Shown here one piece after another: positions 1 through 12,600 of a DNA stretch of 64,000 bases. Both the position numbers and the translations under genes were made by a program. The stretch spans positions 10,478,001 to 10,542,000 of the forward strand of contig JBHGNT010000006.1 in NCBI GenBank assembly GCA_043228905.1. The letters run 5' to 3'. Origin of the DNA: Azolla caroliniana (lineage: Eukaryota > Plantae > Polypodiophyta). The notes beneath the pieces were generated by a model. The model ran no database searches. It worked only from the letters and a program-made list of their open reading frames with translations, and had not been told where the DNA came from. How positions within the stretch are numbered: the first letter of the stretch is position 1; each line of letters begins with the position of its first letter.

Positions 1-3000
1 GGCAATCAGTCGAGCGGTACGATGCGATAACCAGCTTCTCGAATGACGTTCGAAATGGCAGTTACAAATGCCAAGGACCAAGTTAGAGCCCAAATATGCC
101 TCGGTCATAACAAAACCATTTGCAAGGGAGTCATATCATGCATCTCCGACAATAGTCCACGGCAATGTGTGGTGTCGATTTCAATGTTGAGTAAATCAAT
201 TATGTCTTTACTATGGAGGAGCATGGCATATCGTAATAAATTGTCCACATAGGCCAAGAAGACAGGTAAATCAAATAGTTGCTTGTATTAAACCCGAGTC
301 TATTTCGGTAGGATTGTCTGATAGTCCTAATAGTACTAATAGCCCAAGTTTATCAAATAAATTTGATGTCCTTAGTTAGTTAGAAGAAGAGTTAAACGAC
401 TAAGTCCAACCAAAAAAGGAGCCGTTTGGTTGGACAACCCTAGATCTGTGCAGCCCATTAGTGGTTTCATTCCCTCTAAGGAAGTTAGCAATGTGTTCTT
501 AGCTCAAGTAACAGTTAGTACTAAAATTACCCCTCTAGTACATGTCTTAGCACTCCTAGATTCTGGAGCTAATTCTTGCTTTATGGATAGGAATGTTGCC
601 CAAGCTCATCAGATATCCCTAAGAAAACTCCCTTGTCTAGCCTTTGTAGTAGTCATTGATGGTCGTCCCATTGCTTCCGAAAATATCATAGAAGAGTCAG
701 AGCCAGTTAATATTGTCCTAGATAATTTAGCATGTGTAATATCATTTAATATAATTAGTAGCCCAGAACATCCCATTGTTTTGGGATTACCATGGTTTGA
801 ATTACATAACCCAAACATAGATTGGAGAACAAGAGAAATCCGGTATGGACAAACCCGAGGATCTACTCATAGGATTGCAACCATTTCGCTACATCAATTG
901 TGTGAGGAATGATGCAAGGAACCAATGTTCGTCTTCACGGTATTAGTAAAACCTTCCAACACCATGAAAGAGGAATCCACAGTTCAACTTCTAGAGAAGT
1001 ATTGTCATTTTGCCGATGTGTTCGATAAGGTACAAGACAATACGCTTCCTCACCACCGACCGTATGATTGCCCCATTGATTTACAACAGGGAAAAGAGCT
1101 ACCATGGGGACTGATCTAGAACTTGTCACCAACCAAGCTAGAAGTCCTTCGAACCTATATAGAGGAGAATCTAGCAAACGGTTTCATTTGACATTCGAAA
1201 TCTCTAGCCGCCGCACCCATTTTCTCTGTCAAGAAAATGGATGGATCACTTCGTCGCGTCGTAGATTACTGTGGCTTGATTAAGGTCGCCATTAGGAATA
1301 GGTATGCACTCCCCCTTATCTCAAGTCTTTAGAATGGATCAACAGTGCAAGGTTCTTCACAAAGATCGATTTACGAGGAGCATATAACCTCGTACAGATC
1401 TGACCAGGAGATGCATGGAAGACCGCGTTTCACACTAGATATGGGCACTAGTATACGGTCATGCCATTCGGTCTCACTAATGCGCCAGTAGTCTTCCAGC
1501 ACATGGCAAATGATATATTCCGAGATCTCTTGGATGTTTTTTTGATCATATATTTAGATGATCTATTGGTTTATTCGAAGACCCAAGAATAGCATGATTC
1601 TCATGTACTGTTAGTACTAAAACGGCTTTGAGAACACAGTCTTTATGCAAAACTGAAAAAATGTAGTTTCGAGTGCAACCAAGTGGAATTTCTAGGCTAC
1701 GTCATCTCCTCAGAATGCATCTCTATGGATCTAGCTAAGGTCAAATTTGTGGTAGAGTGGCAAACTCCACATTCGTTGCAAGATGTGCAATGATTTTTAG
1801 GCTTTGCCAATTTTTACCGCAAGTTTATACAGGATTACTCGAAGCTTATTCTGCCTCTCACACAGATTACCAAGAAAGGGCAGTCGTTTGTTTAGTCTAA
1901 AGAAGTGGACATGTCTTTTGAGAGTCTTAAGAAGGCATTTACATTAGCTCCTATCCTAGCCCATTCTGATCCGAAAAAACCGTTCATCATTGAGGCAGAC
2001 GCGTTGGATTTCACCTTGGGTAGCATTCTGTCACAACAAGGCGATGATGAAAAGCTACATCCTACGGCTTTCCACTTGCGCAAGTTTGACGCAGCCGAAA
2101 TCAATTATGAAATTCATGGTAAGGAGCTATTAGCAATAGTGGACTCTTTTACGCAATTGAGGCATTTTCTAGAGGGATCTTCTCATCAAGTCATTGTATT
2201 CAGTGATCACAAAAGCCTTGCCTACTTCTAGAATGCTCATGTATTAAATCGACGTCAAGCTCAGTGGGCCCAATTCCTCACTCGTTTCTAGTTCAAAATT
2301 ACATATCGTCCTACGAAACAACAAGGGAAGGCAGATGCATTATCACAACCCTCGTATCTAGCACCACGTCCTAGTGAGCCAACATTTGATAACCAAAAGC
2401 AAGAAATCCTAGGACCGGCATGACTGCAAGCAATGCGGGTTTTCTATATGCCATTGGATTCCCACATTATCGATACCGTATGTGACTACTCGAAAATAGA
2501 TGCTTTCGCTCAAGACACTCTAGCACAAACTGATCCCTCTCGGGCATCTTGTTCGCAGTCGCAACAACCAGGTACAGACTCTCAACAATTCGAACGTCAT
2601 GATGGATTACTATTCTTTAAGAAACTCTTGTATGTTCCTAATAGTTCTGGTCTCCTTCGAGTAGTCCAAACTTGTCATGACACATATATAGTTGGGCATT
2701 TCGGTAATACTAAAACATTGGATTTAGTACAATGATAATTCTGGTGGCCTCATATGCATCGATTTGTCGAAAACTATGTTCGGACATGTGATACATGTTG
2801 CAGGGCAAAGATGCCAAGACATCATCCATATGGTTTATTGGAACCATTGTCAATTCCAAGTAAGCCGTGGCAATCCATTTCTCTAGATTTCATCACAGAT
2901 CTTCTAGTTTCAAAGGGATTCGACGCGATCTTAACAATAGTAGATCGATATACAAAGATGGCACATTTTCTGCCTTGTACTAATGAAATCACTAGTGAAG

Positions 3001-4259
3001 AAACCGCTGACACTGTCATGCGAGAGGTATGTCGGCATCATGGCCTCCCCGATAGCATCATCAGCAACTGTGGACCCCAATTTGTCTTGAAATTCTGGAA
3101 GCATCTCTTCAAAATGCTCAAGGTCACTTGTAATCTCTTCTCCGACTATCACCCGCAAATAGACGGACAAGCAAAACGAACGAATCAAACGTTAGAACAG
3201 TATCTTCGGTGTTTTCTAAGTTATCAACAAGATGACTGGGCGGATATTCTCCACTTTGCAGAATTTGCGTATAATAACTTTGTCCACTCATCGACTAGGG
3301 TTACACCATTTTATGCTTATATGGGCTATCATCCCTGATGGTGTGTATTCGAAACTCCGGAGTTACCGATAAATCCTTCTACAGAGGGTCGTTTGGAACG
3401 GCTACGCAAGATACAGGCAAACTTATCTACTCATTTACAACAAGCTCAACAAACACAAAAGGATTATGCGGATCGTCATCATCTTCCATCCAGTTTTAAC
3501 ATTGGAGATCCGGTATGGCTATTACGAAGATACATCAAGACTATTCGACCATGAGATATATTGGACTATCGGCGATTAGGTCCTTTCTGTATTATCGGAA
3601 AAATTAATGATGTCACTTTTCGTCTCGATCTACCTTCGCAACTACGGATACATCCGGTTTTTCATAGTTCTCTTCTTGAACCGTATCACGACAACACTAT
3701 GATGAATCGTATTATACCACCTCCACCCACGATCGGGCTTGAAGCAAGACCGGAGTACGAAGTAGCTGCCATCCTTGATTCAAAGTTTGTTCGTAGCAAG
3801 CTCTACTATTTGGCTAGGCTATAGTCCAAGTGAGCGTACTTGGGAACTAGTCGAGAAAGTGGTAAATCCTTGAGCTCTTGTTGAGGACTTTCATTGACGA
3901 TATCCCGACAAGCCAGGTCTTCCATCTAAGACGACTCGTTGCAGTCATCACCTTAAGGGGGGGGGGGGGGGGGGGGGGGGCAAGTAAGTGTCATGGTATG
4001 GCTTCAAAAAGATTTGAATCCATGACCTTGTGGCACATGGGCAGAAGCCTTAACATTAAGCTATAAGTTGTAATACAAAGAATATTATTTGCATTTATTA
4101 TTCCACTTAGAAAATCCATGTACATTCCAGATTTCTCTGGAACATTCTAGAAATGTCAAGAGTATTCCTAAAGCCACTATAAAAAAGAGTCACATGGTAT
4201 TATCAAGAACCAAATCCGTTCAACACCAGTCTTAAGCCTCCTAGTTACTACTGTATATT

Positions 4260-5156
4260 TGTAAGGAATACGGTTCTTTTGCTATGCTCGGCCACAACCA
4301 AGGCGTTGGATCAATCACAGAAATCAGGGATCTTGTGAGATGTATCTACACACGAAACAGTAAAGAAGAAAGTGCACAGGATGTTAATGTGGAAAACCCA
4401 AATCTGGGAAAAACCACGGCAGCCCTCAAACTGCAAAATATCACTATATGAAGATTACAACAATGGGGCACAGAGGCAACGACCTCTTGCTCCCTCGCTT
4501 CGCCATTAGGTGGTTACAACAGAGGCAACAACCTCTTCTTCTCCCTTTCTCTTCTCTGTACATAGTTTCGCTCAGAATTATCGCAACAACGATAATAATA
4601 CAACCAGCTCTACGTGATCCTATTAAGTTTTCCCTGGGTCATATTTATACTAATATGACTTTCAAGCTATTTACAAATATAGCCCTAGTGGGCTCTCTGG
4701 AATATATTTACATATATGTCCCTTCCATCCGATGAGAGGTTCTCACCGGGCCTGCAACATCCGGTTCTCACCGGGTCTTCCTTGCTGGGTATTCGTCATC
4801 CGGTTCTCACCGGGTCTTCCGTTGCCAGGTACTCCACATCCGGTTCTCACCGGGTCTTCCGTTGCCGGGTACTCCAGATCCAGTTCTCACCGGGTCTTCC
4901 GTTGTTGGGTATTCGTCATCCGGTTCTCACCGGGTCTTCCGTTGCCGGGTACTCCACATCCGGTTCTCACCGGGTCTTCCGTTGTCGGGTACTCCACATC
5001 TGGTTCTCACCGGATCTTCCGTTGCTGGGTATTCGTCATCCGGTTCTCACCGGGTCTTCCGTTGCCAGGTACTCCACATCCGGATTTGGCCGAGGCCGAG
5101 TTACTCATCAACACTGTTCTTCTCACCTCCCATCTGGAGGGACCTGTTTCCTAACA
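4260..5156. mobile_element. Solo LTR (897 bp) inserted in the 3' LTR of chromovirus copy 1
   Basis: Termini TGTAAGG...CCTAACA with 5-bp TSD ATATT (4255-4259 and 5157-5161). The chromovirus LTR sequence resumes exactly after it when compared with the intact LTR at 24635-25074. Confidence 0.88.
4737..5084. repeat. 40-bp minisatellite (~8.5 copies) inside the solo LTR
   Basis: Unit CCGGTTCTCACCGGGTCTTCCGTTGCYGGGTA(TTCGTCAT/CTCCACAT). The overlapping ORFs predicted here are artefacts of the repeat. Confidence 0.95.
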
Positions 5157-5890
5157 ATATTCTCTTCACATTATATATATCTTTTGTTATCATCATTCTC
5201 TCTCTCTCTCTCAATATATCTCTCTCTCTCACTCTTTCCTTTTCTCGAGAGTTCTACACCTCTTTTAGTACTAATCCTCATCTTTTAGTACTAATTCCTT
5301 CTTTGTCTTAGTATTGTTCCTGATAGTACTTCTTTGTCTTAGTACTGTTCCTGACAGTAAGAACATGATCACTTTGTCCAATGCAAGGATAACTTAATCT
5401 CTCGCGTACAACCTCCTGAATCGACTTTCGAATGCCGAAAACACATCGAGGATCTTCAGCCCCTTGTCTGGCGTATCCACCCAATCTTCGAATCCCCTCA
5501 TCAACACTGTTCTTCTCACCTCCCATCCGGAGGGACCTGTTTCCTAACAATATTCTCTTCACATAATATATATCTTTTGTTATCATCATTCTCTCTCTCT
5601 CTCAATATATATCTCTCTCTCACTCTTTCCTTTTCTCGAGAGTTCTACACCTCTTTTAGTACTAATCCTCATCTTTTAGTACTAATTCCTTCTTTGTCTT
5701 AGTATTGTTCCTGACAGTACTTCTCTGTCTTAGTACTGTTCCTGACAGTAAGAACATGATCACTTTGTCCGGTGCAAGGATAACTTGATCTCTCGCGTAC
5801 AACCTCCTAAATCGACTTTCGAATGCCGAAAACACATCGAGGACCTTCAGCCCCTTGTCCGGCGTATCCACCCAATCTTCGAATCCCCTC
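5104..5890. repeat. Tandem duplication, ~393-bp unit
   Basis: CTCATCAACACTGTTCTTCTCACC starts at both 5104 and 5497. Both units end in GAATCCCCTC and are near-identical. Confidence 0.93.
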
Positions 5891-6340
5891 TACATTGCCT
5901 TGGAAGAGTCCTCGATAGCGAACGTGGTCTTCAACGCTTCCCACGTCAAATTTTGTTGTCGTATCCCGTGGATACTCCCTTGAAGTTCGTCCATAGCCAC
6001 CCGATTGAAGGATGTCATTTGCAATCCTTCCAATATTCTGCATTGTAGCATCTCTGCCTTGTAGTCCCACAAATAACGTGACAAGTCCTTCCCGTTGAAT
6101 TGCCTGTTTCGTTGCACGAGCCGCTCTACTGCCGCCGCAATCTCCGACATCGCGTGTTGTTCTTATGGCATTCGCTCGAACATTGTCATCATATTGTTAG
6201 CCTCTTGTTGATTTTCCATCTCCTTGCCACCCGTGTTCACGTCAGGTTCACAAATTGTGTCGTGCCTTTTGGCGCCGGATCGTTGCGTGAGTCGGGTGGG
6301 AACCGTTGGGGTTTTGGACTTGGAGGAGGAAGAATTTGAG
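5747..6340 (-). pseudogene. gag-like remnant of another retroelement, the target of chromovirus copy 1
   Basis: Frame-broken peptide QFNGKDLSRYLWDYKAEM...TWEALK...FSAFESRF...KVIMFL resembles a retrotransposon capsid region. It abuts the chromovirus LTR end. Confidence 0.5.
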
Positions 6341-7229
6341 AGGATTTTAGTTATGAATATGAATAGATTATAAGAAAGAAAGATATGAAACTCGTGAATC
6401 CCACGAGCATAGTGTATTAATTAATGTTTAGGAAAGAATATGAATTTAGATTGCAAGAGAGAAATAGGTGGCAAATTCGTGAATCCCACGAATATAATAT
6501 ATTAATCAACCGTTATAAAAAATTAACAACCATATACATCTTTCTCTCTTCCTTATATAGTGCTGGAAGAGGCTAAACATAGCATAATGCTTTTCTAAAG
6601 TGTTCATGCACATTAGATGTCCCTGAATAGCTTTTTATACCATGCTTTTAATTTCAAATATAGCATTCATGAACTCTAGACGTGCATGAGTAACTTTTCT
6701 TTGTTTGCGTTTTTCTTCTAAATAAAGTTTTTATGCACTCTAAATGTGCATGGGTTGCTTTTTATAAAAATAAACGTAAATATAACTCTTATATCTATTA
6801 AATCTACATTTGGATTACTTATGATGCGTTAGTACAATGGTAAGGTTTGGGGTTTGTTTACATGGAGGTACAAGGTTTGAATCTTGCCTTATGCATGTAA
6901 CATATTTTTTAATATGTTGTTTTATTTCTTTATGCATACTTAATCGGATATTTCTTACATATTTCACGTACTATGCGAATTACACTAGGACAGTGTATTC
7001 AATATTTAACTATTTTTCTACTCCCTATTTCCTACTACCAACAGTGTCAACTACACTATGTCGTATTTTTCTGTCTCTGTGTCATTTGTTTGTATACAGA
7101 CTCTGTTGCACAAGTAATATTATATCTAATAGTCGATCATGAGTATATGTTAATCATAATAACTAGTTTTTGTATACTAAGTTATGAGTGTAGGACTAGC
7201 ATTGACCCATCCACCTCTCCACCACAATC

Positions 7230-8122
7230 TTCTTGAGAGAACGATCTTGGCAGGAAGACGTTCGACCTGTTGTGTCTGTCGATTACAACAATCAGTTGTC
7301 GATAGATCAACAATCGATTTTTTGTAAAATGTTGTGCCCCACCAATACGATCTAAAAGACTGGCGATTCAAGGTAGAGCATACCCCGATAGTCCACAACC
7401 AAATGAAGCGAGTTGTCCTTTTCATTCACAAAAAATATAGACGCACCAGCTGGAGACTTTGAATGTCAAATAAACCCATGTGCAAGATTCTCCTCGTTGT
7501 ATGCTTGACGAACCTCAAGCTTAGTTGGGGACAGATTATAGATCGGACCCCACGGTGGTTCTTTTCTTGGTTGTACGTCGATGGGATAGTCATACAGTCG
7601 ATGCTTTGGAAGTACATTAGCTTTGACTTTGTCGAAAACATCTGCATATTCTTGATACTTTTTAGGAATTTTGATGTCTGAATTCCCTTGAGTGGCACTG
7701 GGAGGTGTCATTGATATTGCAATAAGAAAAGTTCCTCTTTCCTCCTACTTGGCATAATTGTTGTAATGTGATGGTTGAAATTTGATGAAAAAAAACATGT
7801 TTAGGAGAGGGTACATTGGTAGAACTATATTCTTTAAGAGTAGAGTCCTAGGTTCTATCTTTTCTCTTGGTTCTGGCCGTTTGATTCAAATTGGTTTGAG
7901 AAGACTTGTATGTCTATATTTATACATTCCAATAGAATAGCCCAAGGATTTCTATAATGTTCTAGAATGTCGTAGGTTTTTACAATAATCAGTATATTAC
8001 AAAAAGTAGCTTTTATCATCCTATTTGACAATAGGCTATCTTAATGGTTGGGTTCTCGATTATGTATTACAAGGTCCTAGGTTCAAGTCCAAGTGAAGCC
8101 ATGATGTTTATGTGTCCATGAC
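7230..8122 (-). mobile_element. Deleted chromovirus remnant (RT N-terminal fragment plus partial LTR)
   Basis: KYQEYADVFDKVKANVLPKHRLYDYPIDVQPRKEPPWGPIYNLSP is homologous to the pol of copies 1 and 2. An LTR-like start TGTCATGG lies at 8122 on the minus strand. Confidence 0.75.
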
Positions 8123-8710
8123 ACCGGCATACGTGGAGAGTCAATGAACTAGAGGCAAAAGCCAAATTGGCTACCCACCGATTGAAACTCTAGCTGACTC
8201 TACCTTTGCCGATTCGGGAACTAGCCGATCGGCTTGTAACATACAAGCTATAGTTTAAACTTAAGATGTAATTTAAGTTCACGTGGGAGATAACCCCATG
8301 TCATTGCATGTAATTAGAGTAGTCCTTTTACGGGGGATTTTGTTGGGATAAAAGTCCCACTTTGCCCATGGTGTATCTCTAGTGTGAACACTTACTTAAC
8401 CTAACTATAAAAGTAGGTAATTGAACAGTTGAGTCTCTTGAGCAAAATTGTCTCTCCATGTGTAACTGTCATCTTTTTCATCTTTCTCTAACCTTAGTAG
8501 TGCAGAAATCTTCTCTTGTTGCATCATGTTGTTTCCTTCACTCACTAACAGATCGACACTGCTTCGTTGTTGCAAGCCAGCCAAGACATCACCATTGACT
8601 TCTTCATCAATTAGTATCATCACGACTACAGTTCGACAACAACAACAACAATACAAGGAGAAGAGAATGGTTGAAGGAAAGGACATGGCCAGAAATCTCA
8701 CTTCCTATAG

Positions 8711-9295
8711 AACATGGCATCAACATCCGGCACAAGAGTGGAAATCCAAAAATTTGATGGCAAAAACCTTTCCCTGTTGAAGGAGATAATGTAGGATGTG
8801 TTAATCATGCGGTGACTATCGAGAATTTAGGATGCAGGTAATAAGTAAATGTAGGGATTATTTGTGTATTTTTCAGCACTACTTTTACTTATAGTTTATA
8901 TGCCACTACCGAGGGGTGGTGTAAGAAAAAAAAACTAAAACTAAAACTAAAACCAAATGGTTGATATCAGAAAACAATGAGTGAAAAATAGTGTGAGCAA
9001 AAACATGGCATCAACATCCGGCACAAGAGTGGAAATCTAGAAATTTGATGGCAAAAACCTTTCCCTGTTGAAGGAGATAATGTAGGATGTGTTAATCATG
9101 CAGTGACTATCGAGAATTTGGGATGCAGGTAATAAGTAAATGTAGGGATTATTTGTGTATTTTTTAGCACTACTTTTATTTATAGTTTATATGCCACTAC
9201 CGAGGGGTGGTGTAAGAAAAAAAAACAAAAACAAAAACAAAAACCAAATGGTTGATATCAGAAAACAATGAGTGAAAAATAGTGTGAGCAAAAAC
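8711..9295. repeat. Tandem duplication, 291-bp unit
   Basis: AACATGGCATCAACATCCGGCACAAGAG occurs at 8711 and 9002, and the two units are near-identical. Confidence 0.93.
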
Positions 9296-9603
9296 AAAGA
9301 CAAAAAGACAGAGGGAGAGAGAGAGAAACAAAGAGATCAAAAGTACAAGAGACAGGAAGTGAAAGAGGAAGTTTGTGACAACATTGCTCGCAATTGGCAT
9401 CAATGCCCTGCTTTTGTCATATGTCGAAGAGTTCTCTTCTCTATCAATGTGGCGCACTATTTACAAATAAATGTAAACCTTTAGGTATCTTCTTCTTAGT
9501 GCTACATCAAAGTAGACATTGATGGTGATGAAATTTTGGATTTTGACATTATCAATCATTTTTTCTATTATCATTCTCATATTTTTAATCAATGAAACTT
9601 AAG

Positions 9604-12600
9604 TATTAATAATTAGAAGATTAACTAACGGTTAATTGGGGGTTAATTAGTATCTAATTATGTGAATATTTGATCACTTGTGTGATTAAGTTGCGGAAGA
9701 TTATGTGAAATGTGTGTATATGTGTATGAGAAGAAGAGAGACAGGAAGTTAGACTTATCAATAGTAAATGGGGGATGATTAACAAGTGTAGCACAATGAA
9801 CTCTTACTTATATTAAACAGACATCATGAAGTTAAAAAAATACCCACAATGAGGTATATATACATATCATGTGCAAAGGTTCACATGTGTGAGGAGAATA
9901 TAAATACAAGGGTATATGTTCTACATTAACGGAGATCTCCTACTTAAATGCTAGGAACTAAATCCTTTATAGTGAACATTCTAAATAAATTCAATTTATG
10001 TAACTACTAAGTTACATGGTTGACTAAACGACTAAACTTAGTTGAGCTTGATATCTCAACACGCCCCCTCAAGCTCAAGTATGAGGCATCCGACATCCGA
10101 CATCCAAGTGAGAAGACGAATCTAGATGTCGAATGTCGATACGATATAATGTCAGCCCAGTCAGCATTGTTGTATCCTTCTAGTCGAATCACTCCTTCCT
10201 TGAAGAAAATACCTTAATCCATGGTTCCACTAATGTACCGTAAAACTCGCTTAGCACAATGCAAATGTGTGCAGCACGGTTTTTGCATAAACTCACTAAG
10301 GCGTCCAACCGGATAGCTCAAGTCAGGGCGAGTAATAGTTAGATAAATGAGACTCCCGATAATTTGCCGATATTTAGTCATCTCACATGGTGTTCCGAAG
10401 TTTGTGTACAACTTTAGGTTGCAATTGAGGGGGATCGAATTTAGCTTATGGTCAATCATAGTGAACTTGAATAAGAGATTCAAGATATAGTGGTGTTGGG
10501 AGAGCATTATGCCATCGCCGGTTCGAATGACTTCGATTCCCGAAAATAATGAAGTTCATTCATGTCTTTCATCTCGAACTTCCTAGATAGGAGCATCTTC
10601 ACTGTGTTGAATCTTCACTGTGTTGATGTCGGCCAGATGTTTGCCACCGATCACTAAGTTGTCAACATATATAATGATGACGATCAATCCACTGGAGTTG
10701 TTCCGAATAAACAATGAGTTGTCTGACTTAGACATTCGAAAACCGATGGTGCAAAGGTTGCGTTATCTTTCAATGCCAAGCCCTTGGAGCTTGATTGAGA
10801 GTGTAGTGGGGCTTCTTAAGTCAGCACACGACATTCGGATGTGATTTCAACTTGTAGTCGGGTGGTTGTACCATGTACACCTCCTCCTCTAGCTTGCCTT
10901 GGACGAACACATTTTTCACATCAATTTGGTGGAGGTGCCACCCTTTTGCCACCGCAAGTGCTAGGACTATTCGAATCGTGATCATCTTTGCCACCGGGGC
11001 AAAGGTTTCTTCATGGTCGATGCCATGGGTTTGAGCATACCCCTTAGCGATACGTCAAGCTTTGTATTGGTTAATGGAGCCACTGGCATTGAGTTTGATC
11101 TTGTAAATCCATCAACAACCGATCATCTTCTTGTGTGGTGGAGGTGCCACAAGATCCCAAGTGACATTATCGACTAGTGCTTGCATTTCTTCGTCCATGG
11201 CTTCAATCCATCAGGGGTCACGAGCTGCTTCTGAAAAACTTTCCAGCTCTCGTTCAACTGCTACCTTCATCATGAAGGCATAGTGATGTGCCATATACTC
11301 ATTGTAGACGAACCGAGTAAACAAATTCTTCTCTCGGGATGAGAGTCACAGTTTTTCGTTCATAGATGCTAGTGCCTTCTTTACACTAGGTGTCCACATA
11401 ATGGGCACTCTAAAATCACGATCTAGAGAGTGAGCCGACACATCTGAATCACTTTCATCGGGATGATCGACTTCGTATTCGGGCATTTAACATTTTCCTT
11501 TGTCCAAGCCAGCTCCTAGTTGAGGTATGCTTTTGGTGCTTAGAGGCTCTTGTGGTTCGCTCATCATGGTTGAGCATGGACTTTCCCATGGTATAGGCCA
11601 TGGCTGAATGTCATCATCCGAGTTTACGTCTAACTCTCCCTCGGTCGATTCGGATGGAGCTGAATCGGACTTATACCAAGATGCCGGTTCATTGAAAATA
11701 ACATCCCCACTTACCCGAACCGATCGGATAGAAGGGTTGAAGCAATTGTATCCTTTTTGTTCGGACCAATATCCCACGAAAATGCACTTTTCGGACCTCG
11801 TGTTGAGCTTCTGTCATTTGTCAATCGGGTTGTAGACCTACGCTATACTTCCAAATACTCATAGATGCGACAAGGTCGGCTTCTTTCCAACATAAACCTC
11901 ATGTGGGTTCAGTTCGTGTGCTCCATTGGTTGTGTATCAGTTTATAATGTAGACAACCTTGGACGCCGCTTTGGCTCAATACTAATTAGGCATGTTCTTC
12001 TCATGCAACATGGCTCGTGCTACCTCGAGTGTGTGCCAATTCTTCCTTTCGGCAACTACATTCTATTGGGGGGGGGGGGGGGGTGTCGGCATGGAAATTC
12101 TCTCTGAATGCCATTACATTGGAAGTAGGAGACGAATTTGTTGAAGAAGTACTCCTTCCCTTCATTCAATCTTAGGCATCGAATGTGTTGACCGGTTTCT
12201 TTTTCGACTTGGCTCTTGAACTTCTGGAAGTGGAGGAGCACTTCATTCTTTTCTTCATCGGGAAGATCCAAGTGTACCAAGAGTGATCGTCGATAAAGGT
12301 GACGTAACGACATCCGCCGATTTTGGGTGTTTGAGTTGGTCCCCATACATCCGAGTGGATAACATCAAGAAGGCCTTTTCTTTTGTAGATCTCCTTTGGA
12401 AATGGGAATCAATGTTGTTTGCAGAGTTGGCATGCTTCGCATAATCGGTCAACTCATTTTGACTCAAAAGTCGGGAGTCCGCTAACTACTCCCTTCGATT
12501 ACATAGCTCGGAGCCGTTGGATGTTGATGTGGCCTATTCTCTTGTGCCACAACTTGATATTCATATTGGTTTTGAAACCTTTGGCATACATTCTTCCCGC

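Larger units (their letters stand above)
1..5356 (+). mobile_element. Degenerate Ty3/Gypsy chromovirus (Tcn1-like), copy 1; 5' end lies outside the window
   Basis: gag C-terminus (1-380), protease LDSGA (~555), RT with YLDD (~1549), RNase H (DADALDF, SDHK), integrase (CDTC, SISLDFIT, GQAKRTNQ), GPF module and chromodomain (~3755-3900), with many stops and frameshifts. PPT at 3955-3980. The 3' LTR starts TGTCATGG at 3989, is interrupted at 4260-5156 and ends CCTGACA at 5356. Colinear with the copy at 24635-30309. Confidence 0.93.

Noticed and set aside
4737-5084. CRISPR-like array (hairpin repeat with variable intervening sequence)
   Set aside because: The intervening sequences are two recurring variants, not unique spacers. 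There are no cas genes and the context is a eukaryotic LTR.
4716-5311. ORFs of 140-190 aa in three frames
   Set aside because: They are translations of a stop-poor 40-bp repeat and a CT microsatellite.
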